Below, one piece after another: positions 28,585 through 37,234 of a DNA stretch of 64,000 nt. The position numbers were made by a program, and so were the translations under genes. The DNA comes from an uncultured Nitrospirota bacterium (GTDB lineage Bacteria; CG2-30-53-67). Where the stretch lies: positions 43,654 to 107,653 of the forward strand of contig CAMYMF010000005.1 in NCBI GenBank assembly GCA_947259355.1, given 5' to 3'. The notes beneath the pieces are model-generated. The model saw nothing but the letters and a program-made list of their open reading frames with translations, did not search any database and was not told the origin of the DNA. Position 1 is the stretch's first letter; each line of letters starts with the position of its first letter.

Positions 28585-29904
28585 ATGGCGCGCATCGAAC
28601 CTTTCCGGGGGATTCGGTACAATTCTGATAAAGTAGAGAACCTGGATCTCGTCATGGCTCCGCCCTACGACATCATCTCGCCCAGACTGCAGAAACAGCT
28701 TTACGACAAGCATCCGTACAACGTGGTGCGACTCGAGTTGAATCGCCAGACCCCTGAAGACACCGATACGAACAATCGGTATACCCGGGCCGCGGCCCAC
28801 CTCGGGCAGTGGCTCGAAGCGGGTGCACTGGTGACGGATCCCCGGCCGGTATTCTACGTGTACTATCTCGACTATCGGACGCCCGAGGGGCACGGAAAAA
28901 CGTTGAAGGGATTTCTCTCACGGGTTCATCTCGAAGAACTGGACTCGGGGGTGGTACTACCGCACGAGAATACCTTGTCGGGACCCAAGGCCGATCGCCT
29001 CCGGCTCATGCAACAATGCCATGCGAACTTCTCTCCCATCTTTTCGCTTTATTCGAATCCCGAACACCAGATCCTCGATATGCTGGATCGGGCGGCCGGC
29101 GACAAACCGCTCATCCATGTGAGCGATCCGGATGGGATGCGTCACCGGGTCTGGGGCATTGACGACGCGGCCGATATCGCCACCATCCAGCAGGTTATGG
29201 CGGCCCGTCCCCTTTTCATTGCCGACGGGCATCACCGCTACGAAACGGCCCTGACCTATCGGAACCTCCGGCGGGACGAGACGGGGCTCCGGGACGGTGG
29301 GCAACCCTTCGATTATGTCCTGATGTACCTCTCCAACATGGACGATCCGGGGCTGAGCATCTTCCCCACACACCGGCTGGTAGATCATCTGGAGCGCTTT
29401 GATCTGCAGCGTTTTCTGGGGCAGATTGCGGACTATTTTGAAATCCGGGTATTTTCCTTCGTACAGAAAGACGCCTTTCTTCGGGAACTCAAGACCGTGG
29501 GCCAGAGGGCGCATGCCTTTGGCCTCTACAGCTGCGACAGTGACGATCTCTACCTGCTTGTGCTGAAGGCGGGCGCCGCCATCGAGCCACTCCTCCAGGC
29601 CCCGCTCTCCCCCATCCTCCGGAGCCTGGACGTGACCATTCTCCATGCGGTCCTGCTGGAGCACTTCCTGGGAATTGGTGAGAAAGAACTGGCGGCGCAG
29701 TCCCATCTGCGCTACGTGAAGGAAACGGAGGACGCATTCCATGCGGTGAACGACCGAGATGCCCAGCTGGCCTTCCTGATGAACGCCACCCGGGTGGAGC
29801 AGCTTCGGGACGTGTCGCTCGAAGGCGAGAAGATGCCTCAGAAGTCGACCTACTTCTACCCAAAACTTCTGACGGGTCTCGTGCTGAACGCCCTGCGAGA
29901 CTGA
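28585..29904 (+). CDS. DUF1015 family protein
   Basis: 439 aa. MARIEPFRGIRYNSDKV...VMAPPYDIIS...VLPHENT...LFIADGHHRYETAL...MPQKSTYFYPKL is the family's signature pattern. Confidence 0.75.
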   Translation: MARIEPFRGIRYNSDKVENLDLVMAPPYDIISPRLQKQLYDKHPYNVVRLELNRQTPEDTDTNNRYTRAAAHLGQWLEAGALVTDPRPVFYVYYLDYRTPEGHGKTLKGFLSRVHLEELDSGVVLPHENTLSGPKADRLRLMQQCHANFSPIFSLYSNPEHQILDMLDRAAGDKPLIHVSDPDGMRHRVWGIDDAADIATIQQVMAARPLFIADGHHRYETALTYRNLRRDETGLRDGGQPFDYVLMYLSNMDDPGLSIFPTHRLVDHLERFDLQRFLGQIADYFEIRVFSFVQKDAFLRELKTVGQRAHAFGLYSCDSDDLYLLVLKAGAAIEPLLQAPLSPILRSLDVTILHAVLLEHFLGIGEKELAAQSHLRYVKETEDAFHAVNDRDAQLAFLMNATRVEQLRDVSLEGEKMPQKSTYFYPKLLTGLVLNALRD

Positions 29905-30054
29905 CCCATGGGCGACGCTCGATTGGGGAGTGCCGTCTGGACGGCCGCAGCACCGACGGTGATCCGCCCTTGAAAAGTCACTCCCTATGGTGATATATGG
30001 AGATGCAAAGCCCAGAGTTTTTGCGTCGGGAGCTGCGCAGAGGCGAGGGAGGGG

Positions 30055-30735
30055 ATGATGCTTGATCTGACCCAGGAACTGCACCGACCGAGAAACGATG
30101 CCGGCTGGATTTTGAAAGTGGCCATCGGAACCGCTTTCAGTATCACCATCCTGAAATGGTATCTCTTTCCGCTGGCCTGCTTTGCGGCGGGATATGTCTA
30201 CCGGATATTTTTTACCCGCTTCAACGGGGAGCAAGAAGAGAAGCTCCCCGAGTGGAACAACTGGAAGGAGCTTTTTGTCACGGGGCTGATCTTTCTTCTG
30301 ATTACGATCGGGTACTATCTCATCCCTGCGTTCAGTTTCAGCCTCTCCGAATCGATTCTGATGGGAGGGCTGCTCGCAAAACTGGTGGGCCTCGTCTTCC
30401 TGGCCATCTCGGCCCTCCTCTTTGTCGGCGCGCTCTTCTTTCTCCCCATGGGGCTTGCCCAGTATACCCGCCATGAGCAGATCTCAGCGGCTTTTGCCGT
30501 GCGCGAAATCTGGGACAAAATCATGAACATCGGCGATGATTACTTCAAGATCACCCTCCTGTCGGCCCTTGTCATCGTGGCGCTCTACGTCATCCGTCAC
30601 ATCCCCGCCGTCGGCGCCATTCTGGCCGCACTACTCGGTTTCTATGCCAGCCTCGTCTTCGCCTCTCTCTTCGGACAGCTCTGCTGCAAAGCCTATGCCG
30701 GCGAGAGTCCGACGGAGCCGCCCGAAGCAGCGTGA
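30055..30735 (+). CDS. DUF4013-like multi-pass membrane protein
   Basis: 226 aa with 4-5 TM helices. N-terminal RPRNDAGWILKVAIG and EKLPEWNNWKELFVTG patterns. An extended -10 promoter candidate is TTGAAA (29970-29975) with TGaTATATG (29991-29999). Confidence 0.55.
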   Translation: MMLDLTQELHRPRNDAGWILKVAIGTAFSITILKWYLFPLACFAAGYVYRIFFTRFNGEQEEKLPEWNNWKELFVTGLIFLLITIGYYLIPAFSFSLSESILMGGLLAKLVGLVFLAISALLFVGALFFLPMGLAQYTRHEQISAAFAVREIWDKIMNIGDDYFKITLLSALVIVALYVIRHIPAVGAILAALLGFYASLVFASLFGQLCCKAYAGESPTEPPEAA

Positions 30736-30855
30736 GCCCTCCCAGAGACGCCAAATGGGGCATGGCACGCGCCATTCCCGCCGGAACGCCGCGGCGAATC
30801 TACATGATGAGAGCGCTGTGCCTGTCAGACATTCCGGGGGGGGGGGTGTTGCCGC

Positions 30856-32178
30856 TTAGAACTCGCTCTTGGCAAAGAGCCGTGCCGTCAGGAAGCTCGA
30901 ACCTTTGCGGTCTGCCTCATCAAGGCGCTTCAGGGCCTCCGCAACGTAAGGATCATCCCGATCCCATTTGCGCGCGGTCAGAAACTGTTGGCGGGCCTGG
31001 CGCTTCATGTTTCGGTTCAGATAGAGATAGCCCAGAGCCAGGTAATAGCGAGGATTGTAATTCTCGAGACGGATGGCGATCTTCAGAACCTTCTCGGCTT
31101 CCTTGTTCTGTCCGGGAATATGATCAAGCGCCAGCCCGAGGTAATAGTAATAAACCGACTTCTTACTGTCCAGACGAATCAGCTGTTTGAGCCGATTGGC
31201 CGCCGCGCTGAATTTCTCGGTGGAGATCAGGAATTTCGCCTCCTTGAGAAGGGCCTCGTGGTCGACCGGGGGGCGTCCGGGCTGGCTGGGCACCGTACGA
31301 CGGGCAGCGCGATCACCGCCCTGCACCACGGCGGGTAACGATTCGTCGACAACGGTCGCGGTGTGGCTCACGTTCTTTTCCTCCGGCCCTCGGACGAGTC
31401 GGAGCGCCACCAGGGGATAGAGCGTCTTGAAGAAGCGGTATTCCCACATCTTGGAGGCCTTCTCAATCTGCGCGAGGGTCCGCTGACCGTCCACCAGATT
31501 GAGCAGTAGGGTCTCGTCTGCAGTGAATCGGACGCGAGACATCCAGGACTGGGCCTCGGGGGCAATCTGCAGGAGAGTATCCTTGGGCGGCAACGCCTCG
31601 AAGAGCACGTTCAGATTGTCTACACTGCGGATCCCGGCCATGAGCGCATCCATGAGGGGGTAATCGGGAAGAATCTGAAAGGCCTGGTCCGGGGAGCCCT
31701 CGGTAATCCGCATGCGCCACTCCGGATAGTCGAAGAGACTCGCCATGACCTGCCGAACCTGGAACCGCAAGGCCTCGGTCACTGCCTGCTGGGAGAGGAA
31801 TCCTTCCCCCACGAGAATCTCACCCATGGCTTTTCCCGTGACCAGGCTCAGCTCCGTGGAGAGCATATACTGGTCCTGGGTCAGCCTGCCTGCCCTGAAG
31901 AGGATTTCCGAAAGTTTGTCCTGGAGGCGATTGGAGGAGGCGCAGAGGATGTTCCGCTCAGAGACGTAGATCTCTTTTTGATTCCGCTCATCTTCCAGAA
32001 TGACTCTGTAGGCGCCTTCCTGTTGGACGATCTGGAGAAATGCGTGGATCAGCTCGGCTTCGGTGGTCACCCCTTTCATAGTCTCCATCATAAACCGAGG
32101 CCGGCACCGGGGCAACAGAATTTGCGGTCTGCCAAGGGCTGACCGGCGCCAGCTGCCGACAGCCTGTGTCATCGCCAT
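30856..32178 (-). CDS. DUF4388 domain plus C-terminal TPR repeat protein
   Basis: The N-terminal half (AYRVILEDERNQKEIYVSERNILCASSNRLQDKLSEILFRAGRLTQDQY) parallels the 49207..50412 protein. The C-terminal TPR region reads YYYYLGLALD...YYLALGYLYLNRNM. The start is uncertain (32178 or about 32091). Confidence 0.6.
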   Translation of the reverse strand: MAMTQAVGSWRRSALGRPQILLPRCRPRFMMETMKGVTTEAELIHAFLQIVQQEGAYRVILEDERNQKEIYVSERNILCASSNRLQDKLSEILFRAGRLTQDQYMLSTELSLVTGKAMGEILVGEGFLSQQAVTEALRFQVRQVMASLFDYPEWRMRITEGSPDQAFQILPDYPLMDALMAGIRSVDNLNVLFEALPPKDTLLQIAPEAQSWMSRVRFTADETLLLNLVDGQRTLAQIEKASKMWEYRFFKTLYPLVALRLVRGPEEKNVSHTATVVDESLPAVVQGGDRAARRTVPSQPGRPPVDHEALLKEAKFLISTEKFSAAANRLKQLIRLDSKKSVYYYYLGLALDHIPGQNKEAEKVLKIAIRLENYNPRYYLALGYLYLNRNMKRQARQQFLTARKWDRDDPYVAEALKRLDEADRKGSSFLTARLFAKSEF

Positions 32179-32235
32179 CAGAGGCCCCGGCGACGGACCT
32201 GTCCAACAGAGGCGTCCTTGTTGTCATGACGTCAT

Positions 32236-33534
32236 TTAAGCCAAATCCGGGCCCTTTCCGAGATAGGCGTTGACCCCCTTGATGGCGCAGAACTCACCAC
32301 ACATAGAACAGACTTCGCCGTCCTGGGGAGGCGATGACTCTCGTAACCGTCTCGCCCGGTCGGGATCGATGGAGAGTCGGATCTGTTCCTCCCAATCGAG
32401 CGCCCGACGCGCCCGGGCCATGGCTTGGTCCCGCTGCAGGGCACCGGGAAGGCCTTTGGCGATATCGCCGGCATGGGCGGCAATCTTCGATGCCATCACC
32501 CCGTGCCGAACATCTTCTACACTCGGTAGCCTAAGGTGTTCGGAGGGCGTCACGTAGCAGAGGAAATCGGCGCCCGCCGCCGCGGCCACGGCGCCGCCGA
32601 TGGCGGCGGTGATATGATCGTAGCCAGGCGCGATATCCGTCACCAAAGGCCCCAGGACGTAGAAGGGGGCGCCGCGACAGAGCGATTTCTGAATCCGAAC
32701 GTTCGTCTCCACCTCCTGGATCGGCACATGTCCCGGTCCTTCAATCATGACCTGCACGTCCGCCTCCAGGGCTCGCTGCGTCAGCTCACCGAGCACGATG
32801 AGCTCATGGATCTGACTCCGGTCGGTCGCATCGGCCAGACAGCCCGGCCGCATTCCGTCGCCCAGACTCAGGCAGAGATCATACCGCCGGGCGATATCGA
32901 GGAGGCGATCATAGGACGCATAGAGGGGGTTTTCCCGTTCGTTGTGCAGCATCCATTCCACCAGGAAAGAACCGCCCCGGCTGACCACGTTGAGAAGGCG
33001 GCCTTGCTTTGCGAGCCGCTCCACCGCGCCCTGCGTCACGCCACAGTGGACGGTGACGAAATCGACGCCCTCCTCGGCCTGGCGCTCAATCACGGCAAAG
33101 AGATCCTCCGGGTCCATCCGGACGATCCCCTGTTTCCGCTCTGCCGCAAAGAGGGCCGCCTCGTAGATGGGAACGGTACCGAGGGGCACGGTCGTTTCCG
33201 ACAGGATCCGGGCCCGGATCCCCCGCAGGTCGCCACCGGTGCTCAGATCCATGAGCGTATCGGCGCCTGCTTCCACGGCCACCTGTGCCTTCTCCAGCTC
33301 TTCCGCCATGTCCATGTGATCCCGAGACGTTCCGATGTTGGCATTGATCTTGGTGCGCAGACCCGCTCCGACACCGAGGGCCTGCCCGTTTCGGCGGAGT
33401 CGGTTCTTGAGCACCACGGCACGGCCCCGTTGGATGCTTTCGGCCAGTGCCTCTGCCGCCACCCCTTCGCTCGAGGCCACCTGCCGGACCGCCTCCGTGA
33501 TATGTCCCTCACGTGCTGCCGTAATCTGGTTCAT
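32236..33534 (-). CDS. thiC: phosphomethylpyrimidine synthase ThiC
   Basis: Start ATG 33534 follows AAAGGAA: MNQITAAREGHITEAV...TKINANIGTS...DLSTGG...VTVHCG...C-terminal CSMCGEFCA cluster motif. Confidence 0.95.
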   Translation of the reverse strand: MNQITAAREGHITEAVRQVASSEGVAAEALAESIQRGRAVVLKNRLRRNGQALGVGAGLRTKINANIGTSRDHMDMAEELEKAQVAVEAGADTLMDLSTGGDLRGIRARILSETTVPLGTVPIYEAALFAAERKQGIVRMDPEDLFAVIERQAEEGVDFVTVHCGVTQGAVERLAKQGRLLNVVSRGGSFLVEWMLHNERENPLYASYDRLLDIARRYDLCLSLGDGMRPGCLADATDRSQIHELIVLGELTQRALEADVQVMIEGPGHVPIQEVETNVRIQKSLCRGAPFYVLGPLVTDIAPGYDHITAAIGGAVAAAAGADFLCYVTPSEHLRLPSVEDVRHGVMASKIAAHAGDIAKGLPGALQRDQAMARARRALDWEEQIRLSIDPDRARRLRESSPPQDGEVCSMCGEFCAIKGVNAYLGKGPDLA

Positions 33535-33606
33535 CTTTATTCCTTTCATCGACAATTGAAGCGCTGCGCGGCCACACCCGACGCCCCGGCCGGCGGACCC
33601 GTGGAC

Positions 33607-34254
33607 TCACCGCTGCAGCGACGGCCCCGCGCTGCAGCGCGACACGAATGCCGAGGCCGCAGCCCCGACATCCGGGGCAGCTAGAATTCCCGAGATGAGC
33701 GCCACCCCCGCCGCCCCGGCACGGAGCACGGCCGACGCGGTCGGCAGTTGGATGCCTCCGATGGCCAGAATCGGTATTCCCACCGATTGCACCGCTTCTT
33801 CCAGGGGCCCCAGGCCCAGCGGCGGCCCGTAGCGGCGTTTCGAAGCTGTTTCGTAAATGGGGCCGAGGGTCACGAAATCCGCGCCCGCCGCATCGGCTTC
33901 CCTCGCCTCCGCTGCTGAATGGGTGGACACACCGATGATGGCGGTCTGCCCCACGAGCCGCCGTGCGGCTCCCACGGAATAGCTGGCGCGCGTCAAGTGC
34001 ACCCCGTCGGCCTCCACGGCGACGGCCATGTCGGCCCGGTCGTTGATCAGGAGCACGGCGCCGGCCTGCCGGGTGCACTCCCGCAGGGCCTCACCCAGCT
34101 CAAAGAGCTTCCGGTCACCCAAGTCTTTCTCCCGCAGCTGCACAGCCCGAACCCCTCCCACCAGTGCCGCGGTCACGGCGGAAACCAGCCCGCCTGCCGG
34201 CACCTGCTTCCGGTCGGTAATCAGATAGACACGGAAGGCCTCCGGGTGCCTCAC
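33607..34254 (-). CDS. thiE: thiamine-phosphate synthase ThiE
   Basis: [10 protein letters not shown]...VQLREKDL...[20 protein letters not shown]...IGVSTHS...[11 protein letters not shown]. Confidence 0.9.
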   Translation of the reverse strand: MRHPEAFRVYLITDRKQVPAGGLVSAVTAALVGGVRAVQLREKDLGDRKLFELGEALRECTRQAGAVLLINDRADMAVAVEADGVHLTRASYSVGAARRLVGQTAIIGVSTHSAAEAREADAAGADFVTLGPIYETASKRRYGPPLGLGPLEEAVQSVGIPILAIGGIQLPTASAVLRAGAAGVALISGILAAPDVGAAASAFVSRCSAGPSLQR

Positions 34255-35025
34255 GATTCGATCCGCCCCTCCAGGGGGCTGCTGGCCGAGGCGTAGAGTT
34301 TCTTGGCAATGCGCCCCGCCTTGAACGCGAGTCGGCCCGCCGCCACAGCGTGCTTCATGGCCTCCGCCATGACAATGGGCTGGCGCGCCTCCGCGATCCC
34401 CGTATTCATAAGGACCGCATCGACGCCCAATTCCATGGCAATGGTGGCATCCGACGCAGTGCCGACCCCGGCGTCGACGATGACCGGAACCGAAACGGTC
34501 TCCAGAATGATCCGGATGTTGTACGGATTGCAGATCCCGAGCCCCGATCCAATGGGCGCTCCCAGAGGCATGACGGCTGCGGCGCCGGCGTCTTCCAGCT
34601 TCTTCGCCATGATCGGATCGTCATTGGTGTAGGGAAAAACAATGAACCCCTCCTTGACGAGCACTCGGGTCGCTTCCAGGAGCGCCTCGTTGTCCGGAAA
34701 GAGGGTCTCCGGGTCGCCGATCACCTCGAGCTTGACCCAGTTCCAGCCGCCGACCTCTCGGGCCAGTCTGGCGGTGCGGATCGCCGCGTCGGCGTCGTAG
34801 CAGCCCGCGGTGTTGGGCAGCAGGAGGTACTTCTCCTGGTCGATCTGGTCGATCAGCGATCCGCTGCCGAGCTCGTCGATTCACACGCCGCACCGCCACC
34901 GTCACCACGTCCGCACCCGATGCCTCCACAGCGCGGCGCGTCTCTTCAAAATCCTTGTACTTGCCCGTCCCGATCCAGAGCCGTGAGTGGAATGTATTGC
35001 CCGCAATGACCAATGTGTCTTCCAT
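34251..35025 (-). pseudogene. thiG: thiazole synthase ThiG with an apparent frameshift near 34878
   Basis: The N-part (35025 downward) reads [49 protein letters not shown]. One base later the ThiG match continues in the next frame: (I)[59 protein letters not shown]...[12 protein letters not shown]...[10 protein letters not shown]. Confidence 0.8.
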
Positions 35026-35081
35026 AGTTTTTCCCTTTCTGTGTCTCCTCTAATTTACGACACCGCCGATAGGCCCGAGCA

Positions 35082-35165
35082 GCCTTCCGTCCTCTGTCCT
35101 GCGTCTTCCGTCCTCTGTCTTCCGTCTTCCGTCCTCTGTCTTCCGTCTTCCGTCCTCTGTCCTTC
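35082..35165. repeat. 21-bp tandem repeat, about 4 copies, in the thiH-thiG spacer
   Basis: Plus-strand unit GTCTTCCGTCCTCTGTCTTCC occurs at 35103, 35124 and 35145 (last copy variant), with a degenerate copy from 35082. The 84-nt run has no A on the plus strand, so it is U-free and GA-rich on the mRNA strand. Confidence 0.9.
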
Positions 35166-35175
35166 ACGATCTTCC

Positions 35176-36561
35176 TCACTGGTGCAAATCTGCTTCCCCT
35201 TGCCGCACCCGATCCAGCCGGTCGATCAATCGCCGCCGCAGCGCTTCATCGGATACGTTCTCCAGTGCCGCTGCGATCCGCTGCACCCCGACGGCGCGGC
35301 TCTCAGCGCTCCCATGGCGCTCGAGATATTCCGCCAGAGAGAGCAGGGCATTGACCAGACAATGCTCCTGCAGCATGCCCGATTCTGCTGCCCGGCGGAA
35401 ATGCTCTCCGGTGCGACCGGTGCGGTAGCAGGCCGTACAGAGGCTGGGCAGCAGCCCCGCGTCGAGGACGGCGTGCACCATCTCGTCGAGGGAGCGTGAA
35501 TCGCTCAGCGAGAACTGCTGCGTTCCCGCGCGGGCCGCGCCGTCGGCATATCCGCCGATGTCCGTCCGTGAGCCTGCACTGATCTGTGACGCCCCCATGC
35601 GCACCACATCGTCCCGAAGGCTTGCCCCCTCCCGTGTGGAGACCACGACGCCCGTATAGGGTAGGGCTAGGCGAAAAACAGCGACAATCTTCCGGAAGAC
35701 CTCGTCCGAGACGGGATGGGGGGCCTCGCTCAGGGCCGCCCCGGGGGCGGGCTGCAGTCGCGGCACCGAAACGGTGTGGGGTCCGACGCCGTAAGTCTGC
35801 TCCAGATGGCGGGCATGGGCGATGAGCGAAAGGACCTCAAAGCGGTAATCGTAGAGGCCGAAGAGCACCCCCATCCCCACATCGTCGAAGCCCGCCTCCA
35901 TGGCCCGGTCCATCACGGACAACCGCCACGTATAATCCCGCTTGGGACCCGAAGGGTGCATACGGCGATAGGTGGACCCGTGATAACTTTCCTGGAAACA
36001 TTGATAAACCCCCGCACCGGCTTCTTTGAGCCGCCGGAAGCCCTCCACAGAGAGAGGCGCCGCGTTGACATGGACGATGGGCATGGGGGTTTCCCGGTAG
36101 ATGGCCTCCACCGCCCGACACAGGTACGCTAAAGACGCCTCCCCCGGTGTCTCTCCCGCCACCAGAAGGACTCGGCGGTAACCGAGTTCGAAAAGGCACG
36201 CCGCCTCCCGGAGAATATCCGGAATGGAAAGGGATCTGCGGTGGGCCTCCCGGTTTTCCCGACGGAACCCGCAGTAAAGACAATTGTTTGCGCAGCGGTT
36301 GGATAGGTAAAGGGGTGCGAACAGAACGATCCGCTTTCCGAAGACCTGCTCTTTGACCCCCCGGGCCGCCGCAAAGATTGCCGCAAGATCCTGCGGCGCT
36401 TCAACACGCAACAGGGCGGCAATCTCCGACAGGGTGAGCCGCTTGGCCTCCCGGGCTCGTGCCAGAATTCGCATGAGCTCGTGACGCCCGCCCCGGCCGT
36501 CCCGGATGAGCGCATGAATCTCGCTCTCATCGATGGCAAAGACCTCTTTCGTCGGAATCAT
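35176..36561 (-). CDS. thiH: ThiH/HydG-family radical SAM tyrosine lyase (2-iminoacetate synthase by operon context; HydG-like length and C-terminal CX2CX22C motif)
   Basis: The ATG at 36561 overlaps the upstream ORF stop (ATGA). Radical SAM motif CANNCLYCGF. 461 aa. C-terminal motif is SLCTACYRTGRTGEHFRRAAESGMLQEHC. Confidence 0.75.
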   Translation of the reverse strand: MIPTKEVFAIDESEIHALIRDGRGGRHELMRILARAREAKRLTLSEIAALLRVEAPQDLAAIFAAARGVKEQVFGKRIVLFAPLYLSNRCANNCLYCGFRRENREAHRRSLSIPDILREAACLFELGYRRVLLVAGETPGEASLAYLCRAVEAIYRETPMPIVHVNAAPLSVEGFRRLKEAGAGVYQCFQESYHGSTYRRMHPSGPKRDYTWRLSVMDRAMEAGFDDVGMGVLFGLYDYRFEVLSLIAHARHLEQTYGVGPHTVSVPRLQPAPGAALSEAPHPVSDEVFRKIVAVFRLALPYTGVVVSTREGASLRDDVVRMGASQISAGSRTDIGGYADGAARAGTQQFSLSDSRSLDEMVHAVLDAGLLPSLCTACYRTGRTGEHFRRAAESGMLQEHCLVNALLSLAEYLERHGSAESRAVGVQRIAAALENVSDEALRRRLIDRLDRVRQGEADLHQ

Positions 36562-36792
36562 TCCCGGGTCCCTTCCGCGCCCAACAGGAGGCGCAACCAT
36601 ACCCAGGGGTTCACCCCAGCCAGAATCTCCGCCAGGGACTCCTCATCCCCATTGTGAGCGAAGTGCTCTTCCGACAGAGAAAATCCGTTGTCGATTAAGA
36701 AGATCCGCTTCGGGCGTATACCGCCCGCACAAACCATGACGGGTCCCCGACGGGTCACACGCGCACACGGTCTCGTGGACCTTGATTTTCAT
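36558..36792 (-). pseudogene. riboswitch-controlled first cistron: thiS-like but apparently broken or degenerate
   Basis: ATG 36792 (MKIKVHETVCACDPSGT..., a ThiS-like start) stops after 49 codons. The +1 frame from about 36741 (VMVCAGGIRPKRIFLIDNGFSLSEEHFAHNGDEESLAEILAGV...) runs to a TGA overlapping the thiH ATG. There is no C-terminal GG. Confidence 0.3.
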
Positions 36793-36900
36793 GCAGCTCA
36801 CTCACCGCCTACGCGTGGAGCAGCGCTTTCGGACCTGACAGGAAGTGAGAATCGGTTGGATTTGGCGCGGGCGACACGGACACCCCAAAGGAAAGCCTCT

Positions 36901-36995
36901 CCAAACCGTTCCCTCCGCTGGTATCAACCAGATCAGGTTCAAGGGGTCTCCCGTCGCAACGGGACTCTCAGTACGAACGACTCCCCCACGGTTGG
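36901..36995 (-). promoter_or_regulatory. TPP (THI-box) riboswitch
   Basis: The minus strand reads CCAACCGUGGGGGAGUCGUUCGUACUGAGAGUCCCGUUGCGACGGGAGACCCUUGAACCUGAUCUGGUUGAUACCAGCGGAGGGAACGGUUUGG. All conserved blocks (GGGG, CUGAGA, ACCUGAUCUGGnUnAUACCAGCG, AGGGAA) and P1 are present. Confidence 0.92.
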
Positions 36996-37234
36996 CGCCT
37001 GTACTATAGCAGAGCCTATCCACCCTGTCAAACAGCACGGGCGGCCTTTAAAGACAGGGACCACTCTTCGACGGCGCTCCCCTGCAGCGGGCGCCGGCAA
37101 GGGGTTGGAAGTTGCTGGGATGAGTTCTTTGGGCTATTTTACGAAAATCGAATGGAATTTCAGGATCATCCGTCCAAGTACCGCAGATTGCCATAGCATT
37201 ACCCCACCGGCAATCACGCGTTTAGAGGTGCCCG

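Noticed and set aside
28957-30474. 505-aa minus-strand ORF
   Set aside because: It is antisense to the DUF1015 and DUF4013 genes. It is low-complexity with no recognisable domain, a high-GC artefact.
32536-33684. 382-aa plus-strand ORF
   Set aside because: It is antisense to thiC.
35082-35165. Possible CRISPR array
   Set aside because: The repeats are directly adjacent with no spacers, each unit is only 21 bp, and there are no cas genes. This is a simple tandem repeat.
34946-35179. 77-aa ORF with a (DRGRKTE)n peptide repeat
   Set aside because: It is merely the translation of the 21-bp tandem repeat. It starts at a GTG overlapping the thiH stop, has no SD, and runs out of frame into thiG.
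35176-36561. Calling this gene hydG ([FeFe]-hydrogenase maturase) outright
   Set aside because: It has a HydG-like length and CX2CX22C motif. However, it is TPP-riboswitch-controlled and flanked by thiG, thiE and thiC, with no hydE or hydF in the window. I kept it as ThiH/HydG family and raised it as a finding instead.
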